Notes under the pieces: generated by a model | What the model saw: the letters and a program-made list of their open reading frames with translations, nothing else | What the model was told of the DNA's origin: nothing | The model's database searches: none | Shown: positions 1-7,378 of the stretch, in pieces | Numbering within the stretch: the stretch's first letter is position 1 | Layout of the letters: every line of letters starts with the position of its first letter | Virus record (IMG/VR): IMGVR_UViG_3300037722_000745 | Coordinates: 32,001 to 96,000 of that record | Direction: 5' to 3' (one strand) | DNA length: 64,000 nt | Origin: a virus | Lineage: Duplodnaviria > Caudoviricetes | Position numbers and translations under genes: made by a program

Positions 1-77
1 AGGTACAACAGATCAAAAACATCGAATGAACTTCGATGTTGTGCTGACCCTACCCCCGAGAGAAAAATGGACTAGGT

Positions 78-1364
78 TTATTTGGCCTCAATGTCTTGAG
101 AGCCCCGACGGATGCTCCATGCATCGGGCGACTTGTCTTCGTGTATCGTCAATTCAGGGTACAGGGTACGTAGAGCTGACGCCATCTTCTGGGCTACGAC
201 CCGCAAGGTAGGATGCACCATGGCTCCGGAACGCAGTTCGATGAGATACAGCGTGCCAGGAAGTCCGCGTGTGACATGACACGGAACGTTGTAGCCCATT
301 GCGACATAGTGCTGCTTCTCACTGTCTGGAGCAGGTAGGGCTTGGATTGCAGCCGTCTGTCTTTCGAGTAGCCAAGCAGCCTCTTCGACCAGAGCTGGCG
401 CCAAATTATCTAGGTACCACTGATTGAAGCCCCATCTAGTTCTCAGAAGGGGCATCCGACACACACCGTTTCGATGCCTCTGTAAGTCTCTAAAGCTGCC
501 GAAGTCCAGGAGGAACCGATAGGCCACTTGACCCAGAGAGTCGTAACGATGGGGTAGCCGGCAATGCGGTGGTCGGTCTTTGAGGATCGGATCCTCCCAC
601 CATGAGCCTGAAATCAATCGTGCCTCACACACGACGTCGTCATCCAGAGCCTCATTTGGATCGTACAAGTGATCCACGTTAGCCAGAGCTAGGTACTGTT
701 CAGTAGCTTCATAGCGCTTGTGGCCGAAACTGTGAGGGTACTTGTCTTGGAGTTCGAACAGTAACTTGTGAGCGGTTTCTCTCACCTCTCTCACTGGGTA
801 GTACCGCAAGTTAGCTAAGTGATCAGCAGCCTGTCTCAAGTCTGAGTGCCACGACACGTACGTCCTACAGCCCGCGGGCAGGAAACCACGCAACACATCA
901 AAAGCACGGGTTTTGATCGCCTTCGTGTACTCCTTAGAGTCTTCGCCTTGACAAGGATACAACTCAGTTAGATGTTGGATCTGAGGAGCCATAGACGAGC
1001 TGTAGAAGGACATCCAACGATCTTGAACCTCTTTCCCTTCCAATGTGCCCAGGGGGTTCAACGCTCCTTGCCGAGTCATGTCCATGTAGCGAGTAGACGC
1101 CTCTTGGCCCCTATATAGAGGCGTATCCTGGATCGCTTTAGCCACGAGCATCGAGACATTTTCGATGTAGATTGTAGTGCTACCGCAATCCCCAATCGAA
1201 GCGTGGTTATAGCCTACGTAGTACTGGCCCATGAAATTACCAGAGCCTACCTCCCTGACCTTCGCACGATGATCTACAACACTCTTTGGGCTACGAGAGT
1301 ACAACGCCTGCATCATAGCATTGTCCTCAGGGTGCTCATCGTCAATGATGTGGATTTCAGTCAC
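78..1364 (-). CDS. thyX: FAD-dependent thymidylate synthase, long two-domain ThyX form
   Basis: 428 aa; QEASTRY motif in the N-terminal half and FRDLQRHR (RHR motif) in the C-terminal half; GTGA overlap with the upstream gene. Confidence 0.85.
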   Translation of the reverse strand: MTEIHIIDDEHPEDNAMMQALYSRSPKSVVDHRAKVREVGSGNFMGQYYVGYNHASIGDCGSTTIYIENVSMLVAKAIQDTPLYRGQEASTRYMDMTRQGALNPLGTLEGKEVQDRWMSFYSSSMAPQIQHLTELYPCQGEDSKEYTKAIKTRAFDVLRGFLPAGCRTYVSWHSDLRQAADHLANLRYYPVREVRETAHKLLFELQDKYPHSFGHKRYEATEQYLALANVDHLYDPNEALDDDVVCEARLISGSWWEDPILKDRPPHCRLPHRYDSLGQVAYRFLLDFGSFRDLQRHRNGVCRMPLLRTRWGFNQWYLDNLAPALVEEAAWLLERQTAAIQALPAPDSEKQHYVAMGYNVPCHVTRGLPGTLYLIELRSGAMVHPTLRVVAQKMASALRTLYPELTIHEDKSPDAWSIRRGSQDIEAK

Positions 1365-1912
1365 AGGGCTCGTACCTTTCTTAGAACTTCATCCCAGTCC
1401 ATCACCCTAAGATGGTCGTATTGCGTTAGGGTGTGAGTCACCGGCGTATGCCAAACGAGCCCTACACCTGTGGGATGGTGTCGCATCCACTTCGCGACGT
1501 TTTCTGGGTTGTCGTCGAGGAACATATCACCGCTTACGCGATGTTTCGCGGCGGTGTGGATGATCTCCATCTCGTGAAACCCGAAGACGTGGATGAGCCA
1601 CCACGTGCGATCCCAAACCCACGTAGGGCTTGGGAACGGTTGGGTTACAACTGTCACGTCCACGAACCCTCTTAGCTCGGTGATCGCTTCGGTGGCACCT
1701 TCGACAGGCTTGAACTGGCGGCAGAAGCCTGGCTCTTCGAGCACTTTGAAGATCGACTTTCGTTCTTCTTGTTTGAAATCAGCAAAGAGGTCCCACTGAT
1801 CGAAATCTTCGAGAGCCATCTTGCGGCCTAAAGCCTGCCTAATGGCTCTCAAAATCGGGTTGTGGATATCCGCCAGAACCCCGTCAACATCAACAAGAAC
1901 GTGTTTCCGCAT
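1361..1912 (-). CDS. 5'(3')-deoxyribonucleotidase, HAD superfamily (NT5C-like)
   Basis: N-terminal DVDGVLAD (DxD) motif, K at TAAKHRV and the DDNPEN acidic motif; adjacent to thyX. Confidence 0.85.
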   Translation of the reverse strand: MRKHVLVDVDGVLADIHNPILRAIRQALGRKMALEDFDQWDLFADFKQEERKSIFKVLEEPGFCRQFKPVEGATEAITELRGFVDVTVVTQPFPSPTWVWDRTWWLIHVFGFHEMEIIHTAAKHRVSGDMFLDDNPENVAKWMRHHPTGVGLVWHTPVTHTLTQYDHLRVMDWDEVLRKVRAL

Positions 1913-1933
1913 GCGGAGGATCAGTACACCGGT

Positions 1934-2194
1934 TCACCCATCCGTTGGTAGAGAAATCACAACGTATCCGTGCTGAAGTGAGTACGTTTGCAGCTCAGCA
2001 TCTGTAGCCGGACGCAAAACCCCCTCAGCTACTAGACGGTCTAGCAGCTCCTCGGTTCGGCGTAGACTGAACCTACCTCGCAACCACGACGCCACAGGGC
2101 CTACCATGACGATTCGACAAGACTCATAGCGTAGGTATTTCAGGACGCTCTGCCGCCCCTGATCCAACGTGAGAGGTTTCTCCATCCAATGCAT
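1934..2194 (-). CDS. hypothetical protein (possible winged-helix)
   Basis: 86-aa ORF in operon orientation with a GAGG RBS; no recognised motif. Confidence 0.55.
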   Translation of the reverse strand: MHWMEKPLTLDQGRQSVLKYLRYESCRIVMVGPVASWLRGRFSLRRTEELLDRLVAEGVLRPATDAELQTYSLQHGYVVISLPTDG

Positions 2195-2360
2195 TAACAG
2201 CCTCTACACGAATGCCTTCTGCTTCTAGCAGTACTACAAGTGCTTTCACGTTGGTAGTCAAAACTGTGAAGGCATTCATACCCGGCTCGATGAGGATCAA
2301 CGGGTCTTTGACCTGCAAAGACGTGGTCGAGTATGCGCGTATGGAGTAGTAATGAGGCAT
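2124..2360 (-). CDS. hypothetical protein
   Basis: 78-aa ORF with ATGA overlap to the upstream gene; overlaps the next ORF by about 70 nt. Confidence 0.45.
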   Translation of the reverse strand: MPHYYSIRAYSTTSLQVKDPLILIEPGMNAFTVLTTNVKALVVLLEAEGIRVEAVNALDGETSHVGSGAAERPEIPTL

Positions 2361-3481
2361 CAGAGAATTTCAGCTACGTGCTCCTCTGGCACCACACCTA
2401 GGTCGTAAGGCGTCGCCCGCGCTGAATCTACAACCACTAGGCACTTGACATCTGCACCTACTTCCCACCGATCTAGGAACTCTCGAGATCGACAGACGTA
2501 ACTCCCTTCATCGATACAGATACGTACAATCGGAGTCTTCGACTCGTTCAACAACGTGGGCTTAGCTCCAGGTACAGGGAGCACCCTTCTACCCGGCATG
2601 AAGCGCTCCGCTATCCACAGGGACGTCGGCAGCGAATCGTTGGTGGGAACGGGTTCTGCTTCGTGAACCAACTGCGCTACGAGTTGGGCTATACCGCGGA
2701 CCCACTGACCGAGGATCCGATGCTTGAGCGACCCGAGTGTGTCGTGGTCTACATTCATGGCCAACGGATCCGACACCGGAGTCACAATGCGAGCCGAAGC
2801 CGTGTGGTTCGCACTCTGCGACGCAAGCGGCTCGATGGAACACAAGCGTAGGAATTCGGACACGACCCCCTGCTGTTGCTCGCCCCACAACCCTGGAAGA
2901 GTCTGCTCCAGCAACTCCACCAGGTGTTTGCGACCAGCGGCCGTCGCTCGTAGTAGCCTCGGATCCCCTTCTTGTCGTAGCAGTTCCGTCGTTGAGGACC
3001 GCTGAGTCAGCGTTTCGAGAATCCGTTGATCCCGGCCACGGGTGAACTGCCACTGTACGATTAAGCCTTCCAGCTCAGGTTTGAGACGTGGTAAAGGCTG
3101 GGCCATGTGGCCCGTTTCACGTGCAACGGGTTGCGGAACGTAGATGTCGTCCTCCGAAACCTTAGCGATAGCCTTCCCGGTCTCTCGGGACACAATGAGG
3201 ATGTGTTCGCCGACCTGGCGGAACTCGTCGGCGAGGTACTCGCAGGTCTCCCACAGATCCTGTGGGTCGGTCAGGACTTCCTGGAGGGCTGTAAACAACG
3301 TGTCCGCTAGTGCCCCTGCAGGCTTGTCCTGTGCTCGGACGTCGTGGAAGATGGCCTGGAGATTGGGGCTGGCTTGGATGGCCGCACGGGCCGCCAGAAG
3401 CGTGTCTCGGACTGGTTTAGCAAGGCTGTCAACCGTCACTGCAATTTGCGTGGTTTCCAAGGTGCTCATCTGCACGCTCAC
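2360..3481 (-). CDS. hypothetical protein
   Basis: 373-aa ORF translationally coupled at both ends (ATGA overlaps). Confidence 0.75.
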   Translation of the reverse strand: MSVQMSTLETTQIAVTVDSLAKPVRDTLLAARAAIQASPNLQAIFHDVRAQDKPAGALADTLFTALQEVLTDPQDLWETCEYLADEFRQVGEHILIVSRETGKAIAKVSEDDIYVPQPVARETGHMAQPLPRLKPELEGLIVQWQFTRGRDQRILETLTQRSSTTELLRQEGDPRLLRATAAGRKHLVELLEQTLPGLWGEQQQGVVSEFLRLCSIEPLASQSANHTASARIVTPVSDPLAMNVDHDTLGSLKHRILGQWVRGIAQLVAQLVHEAEPVPTNDSLPTSLWIAERFMPGRRVLPVPGAKPTLLNESKTPIVRICIDEGSYVCRSREFLDRWEVGADVKCLVVVDSARATPYDLGVVPEEHVAEIL

Positions 3482-3978
3482 TCGTCCTCATCGACGTCGC
3501 GCAGAATCCTCGCCATAGCCTTGGCAAACTCCACCGGCCGTCCCACCTCCCGCTCAGTGCGAGTCTTTGAGACAACCATCATCTCGATGTCTTGCTTTTG
3601 GCTCATCGTTCTCTCTGGCGCTGCACTACGATGTGGGTACATTGCTGACATGCCTGCTGATGCGACAAAGGCTCGCATCCGCTCGACGGCTGACTCCAGC
3701 TCGCCAGACTCGATCGCCCACGCCTCGTGCATCTTGTCGCTTCGATCGACCAGAAGGCCAACCACTTCGCCTTCCTCGGTTCTGGACAGCCGCGCGTATC
3801 TCGTATGGGAGCCGCTTTCCAGCACTTCCGAGGAAAAGACATAGACTGCTACGCCGCCTTCCGGATCGGAGACGATGCGACTCGGTTCGAGACCATCGGC
3901 CCTCAGGGCCTGCAACAAGCCCACGGCCTCGTCGAGACCGTCCGCCAGCTCTTCAATTTGTGTAGCTTTGCCTAGCAT
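3478..3978 (-). CDS. hypothetical protein
   Basis: ORF track gives 3478..4092; ATG at 3978 (MLGKATQ) chosen to reduce overlap with the cupin gene. Confidence 0.55.
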   Translation of the reverse strand: MLGKATQIEELADGLDEAVGLLQALRADGLEPSRIVSDPEGGVAVYVFSSEVLESGSHTRYARLSRTEEGEVVGLLVDRSDKMHEAWAIESGELESAVERMRAFVASAGMSAMYPHRSAAPERTMSQKQDIEMMVVSKTRTEREVGRPVEFAKAMARILRDVDEDE

Positions 3979-4528
3979 CCCATTCTCGTGCGGCAATGAA
4001 CTCTCGATGTAGCACAGGGGCCGTCCCTCTCTCTGATTCCCAGAAGCTCCAGTCTTGTACCCGCGGGCTCGTAATGAACAGCGTCCAAGCACCCTTCGAT
4101 GGATCCCGTAGATCCACCCGATGGTAGGTGTTCCACCGAAGGATGTTGAACGAGCCAGGCCGGAACGTAGACCGCTGCCGTCCTTGAGCGGTCCAACGCT
4201 CTTCGTGATACCCGTTGGTCAGGATGAGGCTGAAAGCCCATCCCCATGGGTGGTTGTGCAACGCTTGGTCGAGATCTCCTCGATAGAAGTAGTGCAGGTA
4301 GATGCTAGGAAGTGGGGGTCGATCCAACCAGCTCTGCACACCATCCGGCAATCTCCACCAGACGTCCCTAGGGATCGCTTCTCGCACCCACGCCCGCCTG
4401 AAGATGTAGCAACGATCCAGGTAGGGATCGCCTTTCGTATGAAAGACCTGGTGAGGCCGCCACTGCTTGATCCGCTCGCAGACAGCAACGATGAGAGGTT
4501 CAGCAAGCTCAACGGTTCGATGGATCAT
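3953..4528 (-). CDS. cupin-fold protein (phage cupin/dioxygenase-like)
   Basis: LHNHPW...GYHEE and YHRV metal-ligand pattern typical of phage cupins. Confidence 0.65.
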   Translation of the reverse strand: MIHRTVELAEPLIVAVCERIKQWRPHQVFHTKGDPYLDRCYIFRRAWVREAIPRDVWWRLPDGVQSWLDRPPLPSIYLHYFYRGDLDQALHNHPWGWAFSLILTNGYHEERWTAQGRQRSTFRPGSFNILRWNTYHRVDLRDPSKGAWTLFITSPRVQDWSFWESERGTAPVLHREFIAAREWDARQSYTN

Positions 4529-4542
4529 GACGGTATCTACAC

Positions 4543-6090
4543 CTAGCCGATCGCTAGGTCCCGATCCGGCCCTCCTGGGTCCGCTGCAAAGCGAGCCCGC
4601 ACCCCATCGTCGACAAGAGCATCGAATCCGACCCAGTCCAGGGTCTCACGAATTTCATCGGTCATCGTTCGGACAATCCGCGGCTTGCGGTTCAGCTCTG
4701 AGACCAAAAGGGCTTCATCGAGTGCTTCTTTACCCGCTACGAAACTTCGGACCATTGCCGCTTTGATGGCTTGTTCAATCTCCCGACCTACCATATCTTT
4801 CGCTGCCTCAGCCAATCGGTACAGGTCGAAATCGGAGTGGTTCTGTCGCCGCTTCAAGAGATGAATCTTGATGATGTCGATCCGATCTACTGTCGAAGGC
4901 AAGTCAAAGAACCACCTCTCATCCATTCGGTTGGTAAACTCTACCGGAAGAGTCTTCAGAGAGTTGGCTGTTAGTGCCAAGCACACTGGGACTTTAGTCT
5001 CTTGGTGCCAAGTAGACAGCGCACCGATCATTCGAGACGTTGTGCCTGCATCCGTGTAGGACGAAGAATGCCCACCGGAGAGGGACTTCTCGGCTTCGTC
5101 GCACCAGACTACGCAGGGCGCCACCGACTCAATGATCTGTATCGCCTGGTAGGTGTTGCTCTCGGAGTCCCCCACGCCAGATTGTCGGAGCTTACCCAGG
5201 TCCAGCTGGAGCAAAGGTAACCCCCAGGCGTTAGCTAGGCACTTAATCGACAACGACTTACCCGACCCCCAGATCCCTACGGCTAGCACCCCCTTCGGTG
5301 GTTCCAACCCAAACTCACGACCCTCAGGGGACCACGCCACAGCGGTCTCTGCAGCCCATGCTTTGAACCGCCCAACCCCGCCGACTTGATCGAAGTCGTA
5401 CGCAGATGCATCTACATAGTCGATCAAGTTTGTCTTCTTCAGCTGCCGAAAGCGGTACTCCGAAAGCATCTTCTCATCCGCGTTGCCTCGAGTCTTCTTG
5501 TACGTCTGGATCAGAGCTGCTTGAATTTCAAACCCAGTGAGACCGGAAAACAAAGTCGACGTCTCAGACGGGACTTCGATCTTAAGAGCCTCACAGGTAT
5601 TAGAGACGATCTCCTGAATCTCCGAGGAGGACAAACCGGAGTCGTAAACGACCTCGGTGTACCTCGCCAGCTTCCTAGGAATCAGACACTGGTTGCCCAC
5701 GCAAATTAGCACCTTGACCGTGTTCACGTCCTGGTGCCCCTGATGGATGATATTCAGGATGCGACGTTGAATATGAGGATCTTTGAGCCATCGCTCCGGG
5801 TCGGTCAGGATGTAAAACTCTTGGCTCTCCGGCGTTGGCTCTTTGTAGATCTCTATCAGCGCATCATGGATGTTGATCGTCTTCTTGTTCTCCGCGTGGG
5901 CCTTCGTAACCCAGTCCTGAGTTAGATTCGCGAGTGGAAGTAACCCGAGAGCGGCGTTGTAGACCTTGACGTGGTCTACCCTGCTCCGCATCGCCTCTTG
6001 AAGCTGCACGAGGAACCGATCCTCTTCCTCCGTAACGAAGTAGATCAGACGGGTCACCGACTTCAAATGGAGTACTAGTTCGTCATGCAT
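4543..6090 (-). CDS. Ycf46-like AAA+ ATPase
   Basis: Walker A GIWGSGKS, Walker B VVWCDEAEK, TAN sensor, RMDERWFFDLP; preceded by a degenerate N-terminal AAA-like domain as in the Ycf46 family. Confidence 0.8.
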   Translation of the reverse strand: MHDELVLHLKSVTRLIYFVTEEEDRFLVQLQEAMRSRVDHVKVYNAALGLLPLANLTQDWVTKAHAENKKTINIHDALIEIYKEPTPESQEFYILTDPERWLKDPHIQRRILNIIHQGHQDVNTVKVLICVGNQCLIPRKLARYTEVVYDSGLSSSEIQEIVSNTCEALKIEVPSETSTLFSGLTGFEIQAALIQTYKKTRGNADEKMLSEYRFRQLKKTNLIDYVDASAYDFDQVGGVGRFKAWAAETAVAWSPEGREFGLEPPKGVLAVGIWGSGKSLSIKCLANAWGLPLLQLDLGKLRQSGVGDSESNTYQAIQIIESVAPCVVWCDEAEKSLSGGHSSSYTDAGTTSRMIGALSTWHQETKVPVCLALTANSLKTLPVEFTNRMDERWFFDLPSTVDRIDIIKIHLLKRRQNHSDFDLYRLAEAAKDMVGREIEQAIKAAMVRSFVAGKEALDEALLVSELNRKPRIVRTMTDEIRETLDWVGFDALVDDGVRARFAADPGGPDRDLAIG

Positions 6091-6120
6091 GAGCTTCTGT
6101 ACACCTTCACAGGGCCAAAG

Positions 6121-6150
6121 TGACAGGCCCTACGCTTAACGGGCCTGTCA
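6121..6150. terminator. perfect 10-bp hairpin (terminator or operator)
   Basis: TGACAGGCCC-tacgcttaac-GGGCCTGTCA between the DUF1257-like gene and the AAA gene; only a short CTTT tail on the minus strand. Confidence 0.4.
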
Positions 6151-6166
6151 CACACGAACACGGTTG

Positions 6167-6493
6167 TTAGCCCATGCTCCACATGAGGATGACGTTCTCT
6201 TCCTCATCGACCAGACGCTGTTCGATGTGGACACCGTTCTTAGCGTGCTCTGCCCGTGCTTTAGCCTCTCCGTAATATTGACGAAGGAGACCGAATTTCG
6301 ACGAGGTGTGACCGTAGTCACTATCACCTTGAACGCGTCCGGTTCGAAGATCCAGGACAGCATCCCGTAGGTCCCCAGACTTCAAAAAGATCTGGTCTCC
6401 CGCGAGGTCGTACAGGATCCCAGCTTGCTTGAGTGCCTGACACGCAAGATCTGGGTCCGTAATTTCAGTTTGCAGTGTGATTGCCCGTGACAT
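6167..6493 (-). CDS. DUF1257 (Ycf35)-like protein
   Basis: MSRAITLQTEITDPDLACQALKQAG N-terminus and C-terminal E..V.L.W pattern; neighbour of the Ycf46 AAA gene; ATG at 6493 with AAGGA upstream. Confidence 0.6.
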   Translation of the reverse strand: MSRAITLQTEITDPDLACQALKQAGILYDLAGDQIFLKSGDLRDAVLDLRTGRVQGDSDYGHTSSKFGLLRQYYGEAKARAEHAKNGVHIEQRLVDEEENVILMWSMG

Positions 6494-6532
6494 GTTTCCG
6501 TTTTCCTTTCTTTTCACCCTCAGGGGAAGTAC

Positions 6533-6706
6533 TCACTCAAACGTGGTTTCGTGCGCCGTGTCGCAATCAGGACCCGTAACTTCCTCGTTCTTCTGAGTCC
6601 CGATATGCTGTGTGAGCTTGTAAACTTCCCGGCAGTCCTGACCGCCTCTCTCGAGCACTTCGACGATAACTTCGCCGTTTTTCTTAATGATGGTACGTCC
6701 GCGCAT
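6533..6706 (-). CDS. DUF2997-like small protein (57 aa, below the ORF-track cutoff)
   Basis: Translated by hand: MRGRTIIKKNGEVIVEVLERGGQDCREVYKLTQHIGTQKNEEVTGPDCDTAHETTFE; GGAGG RBS; pattern I..G.V.VEV...G..C. Confidence 0.65.
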   Translation of the reverse strand: MRGRTIIKKNGEVIVEVLERGGQDCREVYKLTQHIGTQKNEEVTGPDCDTAHETTFE

Positions 6707-6724
6707 ATGACCTCCTAGCCGCTA

Positions 6725-7378
6725 CTACACCGAATCTCCTCCAACTCGGATCTTCTGCCCAGGTTTAACGATCTTGATGTCAGCGGTATCCGTGGTCGGA
6801 ACGGGCCTGTCCCAATTATTGGACGCAGTAGGTGCCGGCTTTCCGGACCCAATCATCCGTCCCTGTTGTAGGGGGGTGTTGCTGAAAGCGAGGTCAGGGC
6901 CCAACCTACCTGGGGTAGGGGCCTTGACCTCGGATTCCAGTTCGGAAGTTGAAGGCGGCGGTGGAAGCTCAGATCCTTCCACCGCTGACTCGTTTAGGTC
7001 GGATGGTGACGAGGACTCTTGGGGGATTTCCGGCTCTCTCACCTTCAGATCGGGAGTCGGATGAGGAGAAGGTGCTGGCTGAGAAGTTAGAGCTAGTGGA
7101 TCTACCCAACCGGAATTGATCGATGGTTCAAGGCACACAAAACCTTGTGCTGCAAGTTTTGGGTATCTAGGATCCTCCGGCTTGAGACGGGGCACCTCAG
7201 AAAAAAGACGCTCATACCACGTGCTCACACGCGAATCGAAAAGAGACGTGCCGAACTTCGATCTCACGCACTCCGGTTGGATACAATGCTTGCAGCACTC
7301 CTCGGTGAATTGCTGTAACGGTGCCCCCTGAACGTTGCACTCACCGTAAAGATCTCGTCGTTTCTGTGTCACAGTCAA
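6725..7378 (-). CDS. hypothetical protein, Cys-rich N-terminus and Pro/Ser-rich linker
   Basis: 217 aa, CCKHC..PEC cluster; GTGA overlap with the polymerase stop codon. Confidence 0.7.
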   Translation of the reverse strand: MTVTQKRRDLYGECNVQGAPLQQFTEECCKHCIQPECVRSKFGTSLFDSRVSTWYERLFSEVPRLKPEDPRYPKLAAQGFVCLEPSINSGWVDPLALTSQPAPSPHPTPDLKVREPEIPQESSSPSDLNESAVEGSELPPPPSTSELESEVKAPTPGRLGPDLAFSNTPLQQGRMIGSGKPAPTASNNWDRPVPTTDTADIKIVKPGQKIRVGGDSV

